The position numbers and the translations under genes are program-made. The notes beneath the pieces were generated by a model, which had not been told where the DNA came from, ran no database searches, and saw only the letters and a list, made by a program, of their open reading frames with translations. From Armatimonadota bacterium (GTDB lineage: Bacteria; Armatimonadota; UBA5829; DTLH01), in contig JBBRAE010000001.1 of assembly GCA_038207085.1 (NCBI GenBank), forward strand, positions 209,627-273,626: a stretch of 64,000 nucleotides of DNA, read 5' to 3'. Position 1 is the first letter of the stretch; each line of letters starts with the position of its first letter. This document shows positions 55,687-64,000 of the stretch, one piece after another.

Positions 55687-56280
55687 ATGACGATGAGACA
55701 AACAACGATTCTTGTGCTCTATGTAAGCATCGCTACAGGCTTGGCTTCTGCAGCAAGCGGCACCGACTACACTATGCGTTTGCTGGGTGTGCCGGACTCT
55801 ACTTACAGCGTGGCCTACAGCATCAATGACCAGGGGATTGCCGCCGTAGTGCTGAAGATAACCAGCGTGCCTACAAGTGGGATGCTTCAGGGAACCCCCC
55901 ATGTGATCTCTTCGCAACCATCGGGCGCCACACGAATCAACAATAGTGGTCAGGTTCTATTCAGCTATGCCGACTCAAGCTATCTTGGTCACTGGGCTAT
56001 CTATGAGCCAGACGGACGAATAACCAACATCGTTGCTGATAGTGGGACATCCTACCTGGACGCAGACACTTGGCTTGGGTGATAATGGGATGGCTGCTGG
56101 TTGCACGGATTTTACGCACGGTTCGGACAAGATGTTCTTGTGGAGCAGCTCACAAGGACTGCAGTATATCGATGCTCCCAACTACTTTCATATCAATCCG
56201 ATGGGTATCAATAACCAGGGTGTGGTGGTAGGCGTTCTTGAGACCAATGATAATCCCGTCGTGCAACAGGAGTCTGACTG
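55687..56280 (+). pseudogene. Frameshifted, truncated secreted HAF-like repeat (beta-propeller) protein
   Basis: Signal peptide, then AYSINDQG and ATRINNSGQV repeats; continues in another frame near 56070 with GLGDNG, MFLWSSSQGL and MGINNQGVVVG. Confidence 0.65.
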
Positions 56281-56467
56281 TTCCTCGCAAGCATTACATC
56301 CGGGGCGTTGGGGTTCTCCACTGATCGATTTCTTGTGCGGTTCTGGCGACTGACTAAGTGCTTCGGGAAGGTGTTTCGCTACTTTCCAATATTTCCAAGT
56401 TTCTTTGTGAAGATTCCCACCGAATTTGACATACACCCCATCTACGAAGTTATTGCTTGTACAGCCG

Positions 56468-57493
56468 TCAGCATATCCTGGGCATCTGCTCTCCGTATAC
56501 CATAGAGAGTATCCGTCGGCTGCCGAACGGGGTTGTCATGTTCACTCTGCCTGACGGGGAACCCTGAACGCTGCCTATCTTGACCGCGCCTTGCCCCAAT
56601 GGGTGCGAATGTAGAGCACGGATGGCGCAGTCCTCGTGATCCGAAGAGACGATGATCACCAACTTGCCTTCATTTGCGACGTAGAGAGGGTCGATTCCGA
56701 GGATCTCGCAGGCGGCTCGGGTTCCGGGCGCGACAGGGACTTTCGATTCGTCGATCTCTATGCAGACGTTCGACTGCGCAGCGATCTCGTTTAGGGTCGA
56801 TGCAAGCCCACCTCTTGTAGGGTCACGGAGCGTCTTGACTCCGGGGCATTCGTCGAGAAGAGTGTCAACAAGGCCACAAAGAGGCACTGCGTCACTGATT
56901 ATCTCGGACTCGAACATCAGCCCTTCTCTTCGCGACATAACAGCTATGCCGTGATCGGCGACGGTTCCTGAGAGAATTACAGCGTCGCCGGGACGGGCAT
57001 TCGCTCCCGACGGAACGTAACCGGCCCTGATTTCGCCTATGCCGGTGGTGGTTATGAACACCTTGTCCGCCGCACCGCGAGGGACCACCTTGGTGTCGCC
57101 CGTTACAATGGTCACCCCTGCCTCCAGAGCGGTGCTACTCATTGATCTGACAATTCTGAGGAGTTCGGATATCGCGAAACCCTCTTCGATAACGAATGCA
57201 GCGCTGAGAAAGAGCGGTTTGGCTCCTGATGTGGCCAGGTCGTTAACCGTGCCGCAGACGGCCAGTCGGCCAATGTCGCCCCCGGGGAAGAAGATGGGGT
57301 CGATGACGAAAGAGTCGGTCGTAAACGCGATCTGTGCGCCGCCTACCCGGAGCACGGCGCTATCGTCTCGCCGGTCGAGAATGGGATTCTTGAATGCACC
57401 GACGAAGACATGGTCTATAAGCTCCGCCATTGCGACGCCGCCCGCTCCATGCGCCAGGCTTATGTTTCCTTCGAGAGTATTGCCTTTAGTCAT
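56468..57493 (-). CDS. hypE: Hydrogenase maturation protein HypE
   Basis: LAHGAGG, FTTDSFV.DPIFFPGGDIG, GDTKVV, RDPTRGG, ANEGK and C-terminal PRIC. Confidence 0.97.
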   Translation of the reverse strand: MTKGNTLEGNISLAHGAGGVAMAELIDHVFVGAFKNPILDRRDDSAVLRVGGAQIAFTTDSFVIDPIFFPGGDIGRLAVCGTVNDLATSGAKPLFLSAAFVIEEGFAISELLRIVRSMSSTALEAGVTIVTGDTKVVPRGAADKVFITTTGIGEIRAGYVPSGANARPGDAVILSGTVADHGIAVMSRREGLMFESEIISDAVPLCGLVDTLLDECPGVKTLRDPTRGGLASTLNEIAAQSNVCIEIDESKVPVAPGTRAACEILGIDPLYVANEGKLVIIVSSDHEDCAIRALHSHPLGQGAVKIGSVQGSPSGRVNMTTPFGSRRILSMVYGEQMPRIC

Positions 57494-57495
57494 TG

Positions 57496-58584
57496 CTAGT
57501 ATCCTCCGTAGCGGTGCCAAGCCGCGCATGTGCCTTCGCTAGATACCATACAGGGTCCAATGGGATGCGAGGGTGTGCAGGCCGCACCGAAAAGCGGACA
57601 ATCAGATGGCGCCAGCCGGCCTTTCAGCATCTCGCCGCAGAGGCATCCGTTAGGCTCTATGCTGTCCGTCGGAGAAGCGATGTTGAACTTTTCCCTGGCG
57701 TCATATGCTGCATAGGTATCTCTGATGCGCAAGCCCGTGCCGGGGATTGTTCCTATGCCGCGCCAGTCTGCGTCACACGGCTCGAAAACCTCATCGACGA
57801 TCCTGCGCGCTTCGCGGTTGCCGTCACTCGTCACGATGCGCTTATACTGGTTCTCGACCTCGCTCCTGCCATCTCGGGCCTGCCTCGCTAGAAGAAGAAC
57901 CGACTGCATAATATCTACCGGCTCGAAGCCCGAAATCACGCAGGCAACTCCGAAGTCGCGCGCGATGGGAAGATACGCGTTGCCGCCAATGATCGCGCTC
58001 ACGTGCCCCGGCAGGAGGAAGCCTCTGACCCTCGGCCCATCATCTGAGAGTAAAGCCACAAGCGCGCCAGGAACGGTCTTATGAGCGCTGTAGACGGAGA
58101 AGTTCTGGACATTCTCCTCACGAGCAGCTCGGAGCGCTATGGTGACGGCGGGCGTCGTCGTCTCGAAGCCCACACCGAAGAAGACGACCTGTTTGTCCGG
58201 GCATCTGCGCGCGAACTCTACGGCGTCTAGCGGAGAGTAGACAACTCTGACATCCGCGCCGTTTGTCCGCTCCGATTCAAGGCTCGAATGCGTCCCAGGG
58301 ACCCTCAGCATATCGCCGAAACTCGAGAGGATAAAATCCGGACGTCCGGCAAGTGAGAGAAAGGCATCGATGTCACTCTGCGGCGTCACACAGACCGGGC
58401 ATCCGGGACCCGATATCAACCTGATCTCTGGTGGGAGCAACTGGCGTATGCCGAAGCGCCCAATGGCCATAGTGTGGGTGCCACAGACTTCCATGATGGT
58501 CATCGTCGCCGGAGCTATCTCCAGAATTGCTTGGGCCAGCTCTCTCACGCGTTCAGCGTCCCTGTACTCGTCAATATGCTTCAT
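57496..58584 (-). CDS. hypD: Hydrogenase maturation protein HypD
   Basis: MEVCGTHT, SGPGCPVCV, GFETT, PGHVS and CMVSSEGTC. Confidence 0.97.
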   Translation of the reverse strand: MKHIDEYRDAERVRELAQAILEIAPATMTIMEVCGTHTMAIGRFGIRQLLPPEIRLISGPGCPVCVTPQSDIDAFLSLAGRPDFILSSFGDMLRVPGTHSSLESERTNGADVRVVYSPLDAVEFARRCPDKQVVFFGVGFETTTPAVTIALRAAREENVQNFSVYSAHKTVPGALVALLSDDGPRVRGFLLPGHVSAIIGGNAYLPIARDFGVACVISGFEPVDIMQSVLLLARQARDGRSEVENQYKRIVTSDGNREARRIVDEVFEPCDADWRGIGTIPGTGLRIRDTYAAYDAREKFNIASPTDSIEPNGCLCGEMLKGRLAPSDCPLFGAACTPSHPIGPCMVSSEGTCAAWHRYGGY

Positions 58585-58795
58585 TGTTTGCCAACTGCTC
58601 CAATAGCTCAAGCGTCTCCATAGCCTCGGCTTCATCGACTTTGGAGATCACTAGTCCGGCGTGGACGAGGACGTAGTCGCCTGCTGAGAGGTCGGGGACA
58701 ATGTCCACCCTGGCCTTCAGAGTAACGCCCGACTGCTCCACCACGGCAACGATTCCATCAACAGATATAACCTTCATCGGCACAGCTAAACACAT
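58571..58795 (-). CDS. hypC: Hydrogenase chaperone HypC
   Basis: MCLAVP N-terminus, GDYVLVHAG. Confidence 0.97.
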   Translation of the reverse strand: MCLAVPMKVISVDGIVAVVEQSGVTLKARVDIVPDLSAGDYVLVHAGLVISKVDEAEAMETLELLEQLANNEAY

Positions 58796-58804
58796 GGTTG
58801 TTCC

Positions 58805-61081
58805 TCAAACGGATGATGAAATGGCAGCGGCTACCGCCACTTGCCCTAGAGATATCCCCCCATCGTTCGGAGGGACGATATGGTGTGTGAAGACTCGGAA
58901 TCCTGCCTCCTCAAGCCGTCGAATGGAGTCTTCTATGAACCGCTTGTTCTGGAAGCAGCCCCCAGATAGCACTACTTCATTGAGGCCCAGAGACTCACGA
59001 GACCGGATACAGACTTCCTCCGTGAGCCCTACTACAGTGTTGTGGAAATTGGCGCTGATAGTGGCGGCGGTCACGCCTGCGGAGAGGTCTGCGACGATCC
59101 CTCGGATGATCGGGCGAGTGTCTACCTCGGCTGGTGCGCCGTCGTCTATCACGACGTCGTACGATCCGGTTTCGGATGGGTCGGCCTGCATCTCAAGGAA
59201 TACTGCTGGTTCTCCCTCAAACGATGCTTCTCTGCACAGGCCGAGGATAGCGCTGACGGCGTCGAATAGTCGGCCCATACTCGACGTCAGCGGAGAACCC
59301 AGGCGCCGCTCGATCTGCTTGGTAATCAGCGCCAGTTCCTCCGGTTGGAAAGACAGAATATCGGGCAATGGTGCACTGAGGGCATCCAAGAGATATGAGA
59401 GGGCCATTCGCTCAGGTCGACGTATCGCGGCCGCGCCTCCGGGCATAGGAACGTATCTCAGATGCGCTATTCTATCGTATGACGACAGCCTCGCTTCCAG
59501 GAACTCTCCACCCCATACACAGCCATCGGGACCATAGCCGGTGCCATCGAATACCACAGCCAACACCGGGCCGACTAGACCGTTTTCCGCCATGCACGCG
59601 GCGGCATGGGCGTGGTGATGCTGGACGGCGATATGCCTCGGCGCGGGCATCGATAATGCGAAACGTGTGGTCTGGTAGTCCGGATGCATATCGTGTGCGA
59701 CGATCTCTGGTTTGACATCATAGAGACGGGTCAGGTGCGTGACGGCGCGACCGAAGTAGTCCATGGTCGCGGCTGCGTCGGCGTCTCCAATGTGCTGGCT
59801 CGGAATGGCAAAACGCCCCGCCGTAATGCAAAACGTGTTCTTCTGCTCCGCACCGCAGGCGATGATGGGAGGGCAATCGAAGCCAAGGTCGATGGCCCCC
59901 GGCACGAATCCACGGGCGCGGCGGATCGGCATAGGAGAGCCGAGGACAGGCCGCACAACGGAATCATCGCACGGCACATGGATATCGCGGTCGTGCATCA
60001 GGAACGCGTCGGCGATGTGAGACAAGCGCTCCCTCGCTTCGGCGTTGTCGCAGGCAATCGGCTCCTCTGAGAGATTGCCGCTGGTCATCACGAGCACTTC
60101 GGGGGCTTCCCTGAGAAGTAGGTGATGGAGCGGTGTATATGGGAGCATCATCCCGAGATAGTTGTTGCCTAGAGCCACTTGTGCGGCAATCATACGGGGC
60201 TTGCGGGCTTCGAGCAGGACAATCGGCCGCTCATATGAAAGCAATATCGCTGCTTCCTCCGGGCTTATAATGCAAATGCGCCGCGCGACATCTATGTCCC
60301 GGACCATGACTGCGAGCGGCTTTCGTCCTCGACCTTTCCGCCTTCGAAGCTCCGATACAGCATCCGAGTTTGCGGCGTCACAGGCCAGGTGAAACCCTCC
60401 GAGTCCTTTCAGCGCGATAATCTTGCCATCCGAGAGCATTCGAGTTACGGCGGCGAGCACTGCGGCGGAGTCGACATCGCTTGTCTGGTTCGACAGGAGG
60501 GTCAGGCCGGGTTCCAGCCATATCTTAGGTCCGCAGACGGGGCAGGCGTTTGGTTGAGCGTGGAAGCGCCGGTCGAGTGGGTCGTGATACTCACGATCAC
60601 ACTCCGGGCACATAACGAACGCCGACATCGTGGTCTTCGGACGATCGTAAGGAATGTCCTGAATAATCGTGAACCGGGGGCCGCAGTCCGTGCAATTCGT
60701 GAATGGGTAACCGAACCTGCGGTTGGCGGGATCAGTTATGTCCCTTCCGCAGGCGTCACAGAGCGCAACATCGGCGGGAATAAGCGCTATTCTGCTCGCG
60801 GCGTGGTTACTTTCGTGGATGGTGAACGTCGTGTCACCCGTCGGCGTGGTGTCTTCGCTGGTGATGCCCGTAATCCGCGCAAGACGTGGGGCTTCACCGC
60901 GAAGCCCGAGCAGGAATCGGTCGAGAGAGTCCTGCTCGCCTTCGGCATCGATTATCACGCCTTCGGATGTGTTGGCAACCCAGCCGGTGATTCCGATCCT
61001 GTCGGCGAGTTGATAAACGAATGGACGGAAACCAACGCCTTGGACGACGCCGGTTACCTTAAGATGTTTTCTCACTAGCAT
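58805..61081 (-). CDS. hypF: Carbamoyltransferase HypF
   Basis: VQGVGFRP, zinc fingers, KGLGGFHLAC, QHHHAH, DGTGYG, SSMGRLFD and NDGGISLGQ. Confidence 0.98.
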   Translation of the reverse strand: MLVRKHLKVTGVVQGVGFRPFVYQLADRIGITGWVANTSEGVIIDAEGEQDSLDRFLLGLRGEAPRLARITGITSEDTTPTGDTTFTIHESNHAASRIALIPADVALCDACGRDITDPANRRFGYPFTNCTDCGPRFTIIQDIPYDRPKTTMSAFVMCPECDREYHDPLDRRFHAQPNACPVCGPKIWLEPGLTLLSNQTSDVDSAAVLAAVTRMLSDGKIIALKGLGGFHLACDAANSDAVSELRRRKGRGRKPLAVMVRDIDVARRICIISPEEAAILLSYERPIVLLEARKPRMIAAQVALGNNYLGMMLPYTPLHHLLLREAPEVLVMTSGNLSEEPIACDNAEARERLSHIADAFLMHDRDIHVPCDDSVVRPVLGSPMPIRRARGFVPGAIDLGFDCPPIIACGAEQKNTFCITAGRFAIPSQHIGDADAAATMDYFGRAVTHLTRLYDVKPEIVAHDMHPDYQTTRFALSMPAPRHIAVQHHHAHAAACMAENGLVGPVLAVVFDGTGYGPDGCVWGGEFLEARLSSYDRIAHLRYVPMPGGAAAIRRPERMALSYLLDALSAPLPDILSFQPEELALITKQIERRLGSPLTSSMGRLFDAVSAILGLCREASFEGEPAVFLEMQADPSETGSYDVVIDDGAPAEVDTRPIIRGIVADLSAGVTAATISANFHNTVVGLTEEVCIRSRESLGLNEVVLSGGCFQNKRFIEDSIRRLEEAGFRVFTHHIVPPNDGGISLGQVAVAAAISSSV

Positions 61082-61178
61082 AGGTGACGTTCCCCAAGCC
61101 CGGGCAGTAATCCCGCACTTACGTTAGAGAGCGTGGCCAAGGGTATGATTGACCGTACTGTAATACGGCATCTTGCGA

Positions 61179-61343
61179 CTACGACTTGTCATTATCGTCT
61201 TCGGCGAGGGCATGGGTGGCTCTCTTGAACTCGCGCAGCCCGTCGCCCACCGACCTTCCGAGTTCGGGAAGCTTCTTGGCTCCGAACAAGAGTGTCAGCA
61301 CGATAAGCATTATCAGTATTTCTTGGGTTCCAAGTCCGAACAT
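61179..61343 (-). CDS. tatA: Twin-arginine translocase subunit TatA/E (54 aa, missing from the ORF track)
   Basis: AGGAG RBS; MFGLGTQEILIMLIVLTLLFGAKKLPELGRSVGDGLREFKRA. Confidence 0.95.
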   Translation of the reverse strand: MFGLGTQEILIMLIVLTLLFGAKKLPELGRSVGDGLREFKRATHALAEDDNDKS

Positions 61344-61356
61344 ATCTATTCTACTC

Positions 61357-61848
61357 CTAACCGAGCGGCGTGGCCACTACGGTTTCGAGGGCTTCCTGCC
61401 GCCATCCCGCAACGATTTCGATGGCCGTGAGGACGACCTGCGGGATGGCGGAGGCAACAGATGGTGAAAGGTCGAGCCCGTAACGGATGTTCTCGGGCTC
61501 GACTCCGAGTATGATGATTTCAGGCTGGCGGTGGTTCTCTATGAAACCGAGCGCAGAAATCAGGTTCACTTCGTGCAGTGATGCCATTATTCCGCCTGCG
61601 TCCACATCCGAGGCACCGAACCTGTAGACCGTCCCTGGTCGGCCGCCAGCCTGCATTGCGTCTATTGCGAGAATCTTGTCTGCCCATTCCAGAAGGTGCA
61701 GGGCGTCCAGAACGAACGTGCCGACTTCGGCGCAGATCGCCCGCGTGGGCAGGTTGCCCTTGATGGCTCTCACGGTATGAACGCCGACGCCATCGTCCAT
61801 CAACAACTCGTTCCCAAGTCCAACGATAAGTATTCTCTTGCGCTTCAC
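61357..61848 (-). CDS. Hydrogenase maturation endopeptidase (HyaD/HybD family)
   Basis: ILIVGLGNELLMDDGVGV, IDA, SLHE and GVEP; GTG 61848. Confidence 0.94.
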   Translation of the reverse strand: MKRKRILIVGLGNELLMDDGVGVHTVRAIKGNLPTRAICAEVGTFVLDALHLLEWADKILAIDAMQAGGRPGTVYRFGASDVDAGGIMASLHEVNLISALGFIENHRQPEIIILGVEPENIRYGLDLSPSVASAIPQVVLTAIEIVAGWRQEALETVVATPLG

Positions 61849-61849
61849 G

Positions 61850-63358
61850 TCAGCCCCCGTGCGAATGGCCGTGCGAATGCACCTCGCCATCATCGTGAGT
61901 GTGTGTATAGATCTCTTCTTCGCCGTGATAGTGGCCGACAGTAAATATCTTGGCGCCTTCAGATGGTCTCATAACGTGTACCGCGCATGACAGGCACGGG
62001 TCGAAGGAGTGGATGACCCGCAGCACCTCAATTGGCTCATCGATATTCTGAACAGGAGTGCCGATGAGTGCCTGTTCTATCGGGCCACGAACCCCGGCGC
62101 TGTCGCGAGGAGACGCATTCCAGCATGTTGGAGTGATGATCTGATAGTTCGCAATCCTTGCGCTGGCAATCTTCACCCAGTGACCAATCGCGCCTCGCGG
62201 CGCTTCGGTAAGACCGTAGGCTTCGGCAGTTGTCGGCCACGTAAATGACTGATAGACCGGGCCACCAACGGTGAGCTGATCGACCCAAACCTGCATCGCC
62301 TGTGCGACCTTGAGCGCCTCCAGAGCGCGTGCTACGTGACGGTGAATGACTGATACTCCACCTCTGTAATCACCGTTTACCCACATTCTGGCAAGCGCCC
62401 CAGCTTCGTAAGGCTGACCAGAATATCTTGGCGATTTGAGCCAAGAGTAAGCGTCGGTCTTCGGGTAGGTGGGAGTCGTGACGCCAACTGCGGGGTTCAA
62501 TCCGTTGGTGCTATCCGCGTACCAGGAATGCTTGACGTGCTCCGCTATCTGCGCGACGTCCACAGACTGAATGTTGGTCGAACCGTTTTGAGCGCGGCCT
62601 CGGGCCAGGAGCTTGTTGTTGTCGGTCGAATCCAGATCGAAGACGCCGAAAGCAAGCAGGTTTCCGTGACCCCTGCCGATGTTCGCGTAGTCCGAATACA
62701 CGCCTCCGACGGCCTGGACATCCGGGATATAGGTGTCCTGGATGAACGGGATGAGCTCGGCCAGGTACGCTTTGAACTTTGCGATCTTGGCGGCCGTGGG
62801 AGTGGCCGTCAATCCACCGGGCACGAATGTGGGAGGGTGAGGCATCCTTCCGCCGAAAATGGAGCCCATCTCGTGCGCCTTGCGGCGCATGTTCAGTGCA
62901 GTAAGGTAGTCGCGGACCACCTTGTCACGGATCGAACCATCGATTCGTTTGTCCGTCTTCCATCCCGGAGTGAGTGGCTGGATACCCGGCGTTTCGATGA
63001 AATCGGGCGCGGCCAGATGGAAGAAATGCAGAATATGCGACTGCACGAAGTTCGATCCGAGCACCAGGTTGCGCATGATCCGGGCGTTTGTCGGTACAGT
63101 AGTGCTTGTAGCCTTGTCGAGCGCCGTTACAGCCGCAAGACCGTGGGAGACCGGGCATACGCCACAGATGCGCTGCGTAATATGCGGAGCATCATCGGGC
63201 GCGCGGTTCACCAGAATCGACTCGAACCCCCGGAAGAGAGTGCCCGTCGCGCGAGCATCAACAACCTGCTGTGCCCCATTGACGGTATCTATGGTAACCT
63301 CGAGTTTGAGGTGTCCCTCAAGCCTGGTTACGGGATCTATTGTTGCTATGACAGTCAT
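61850..63358 (-). CDS. Group 1 [NiFe]-hydrogenase large subunit
   Basis: IDPVTRLEGH, L1 RICGVC, EAPRG and L2 DPCLSCAVH followed by a 41-aa tail. Confidence 0.96.
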   Translation of the reverse strand: MTVIATIDPVTRLEGHLKLEVTIDTVNGAQQVVDARATGTLFRGFESILVNRAPDDAPHITQRICGVCPVSHGLAAVTALDKATSTTVPTNARIMRNLVLGSNFVQSHILHFFHLAAPDFIETPGIQPLTPGWKTDKRIDGSIRDKVVRDYLTALNMRRKAHEMGSIFGGRMPHPPTFVPGGLTATPTAAKIAKFKAYLAELIPFIQDTYIPDVQAVGGVYSDYANIGRGHGNLLAFGVFDLDSTDNNKLLARGRAQNGSTNIQSVDVAQIAEHVKHSWYADSTNGLNPAVGVTTPTYPKTDAYSWLKSPRYSGQPYEAGALARMWVNGDYRGGVSVIHRHVARALEALKVAQAMQVWVDQLTVGGPVYQSFTWPTTAEAYGLTEAPRGAIGHWVKIASARIANYQIITPTCWNASPRDSAGVRGPIEQALIGTPVQNIDEPIEVLRVIHSFDPCLSCAVHVMRPSEGAKIFTVGHYHGEEEIYTHTHDDGEVHSHGHSHGG

Positions 63359-63376
63359 TGGTGATCCTCCGTTCCT

Positions 63377-64000
63377 CTAGTCGCCACTGGCATGGAAGAA
63401 CTGATTGCTTCCGGGGAAGGTTGGGCTTGTACACCCAATGCACGGCGCGTTGGCGCCGATACACCATTCGGTCCTACCGTTCCAAAGCACTCCAGGGCAT
63501 CCGGCGGCTGTGCTCGGTCCACGGCAACCAAGTTCCTTGAGGCAACGTCCATCCTCACCCAGATTATGGGCCTCGTCGGCCTGACGTCTTGGACATGTGG
63601 AGTGGACTGTCGGTCCGTACAATGCAGATGGCCTTCCGTATGAGTCGAGAGCTATCGGCTTGCCGAAGAGCAACTGAACAAGCGCCCAGACCACCCAGTC
63701 CGGGTGCGGCGGACACCCTGCTATGTTAACAGTGGTCTTGCCCGTGATTGTCTTGACTCCCCGCACTCCGGTGGGGTTCGGAGGAGCGGCAGCTATGCCT
63801 CCCCAGGCCGCGCAGGTTCCAACGCATACAATTGCGGCGGCCCGACTCGACAGGTCCAGTATAGCCTGTTTGAAGGTGACATCCTGTCCGTTGAGACTCC
63901 AAGGCCAGCAGGTACAGCCGTTGAAGGCTGTCGGCACTCCGCCTTCCACAACCAGTATGTAGCCGCCCTTGTTGTAGGTTTCTTCGATGACGGCGACGGC
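63377..64000 (-). CDS. Group 1 [NiFe]-hydrogenase small subunit, 5' part outside the window
   Basis: LVVEGG, GTCAAWGG, GCPPHP, HSTCPR..CLKELGC.GP and WCIGANAPCIGC Fe-S motifs; frame open to the window edge. Confidence 0.95.
   Translation of the reverse strand, partial: AVAVIEETYNKGGYILVVEGGVPTAFNGCTCWPWSLNGQDVTFKQAILDLSSRAAAIVCVGTCAAWGGIAAAPPNPTGVRGVKTITGKTTVNIAGCPPHPDWVVWALVQLLFGKPIALDSYGRPSALYGPTVHSTCPRRQADEAHNLGEDGRCLKELGCRGPSTAAGCPGVLWNGRTEWCIGANAPCIGCTSPTFPGSNQFFHASGD

Noticed and set aside
61976..62005. Selenocysteine ([NiFeSe]) hydrogenase
   Set aside because: The L2 motif is DPCLSC with Cys codons and no in-frame TGA.

Overview
A GC-rich, mostly core-genome bacterial window. The combination of lptC/lptA/lptB/lptFG, DUF3084, yqgF-like, csaB, DUF5693, spoIID-like and femX genes suggests a diderm Terrabacteria lineage such as Armatimonadota (inference only). 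From left to right it contains: (1) a PFK-family / HAD / LarA-homologue / gnd operon; (2) envelope and stress genes (vanW, sanA, lemA, femX) and tdh-kbl; (3) an ileS-dksA-lspA-lgt-DNA methyltransferase run; (4) a ytxG/ytxH/KGG general-stress trio, serA, and a sigma-70 plus LuxR-HTH pair; (5) two lptC-lptA modules, glycoside hydrolases, tRNA-Ser(CGA) and tRNA-Ala(CGC); (6) larE-larB-larC (nickel-pincer cofactor synthesis) and a group 1 [NiFe]-hydrogenase with hypFCDE and tatA, cut by the window end. The most unusual signals are: a 73-bp double-hairpin element in 3 copies, each flanked by CTAA, whose two loops occur in independently flipped orientations; three genes whose conserved N-termini lack a well-placed ATG/GTG/TTG start (probable ATA/GTA starts, or a -1 frameshift fusion for csaB); a candidate nickel-pincer-dependent sugar-acid pathway feeding gnd; a His-rich cleavable tail on the hydrogenase large subunit; a catalytically dead PTS enzyme I-like gene; and two structured leaders. 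All calls come from reading motifs by eye; no database searches were run.
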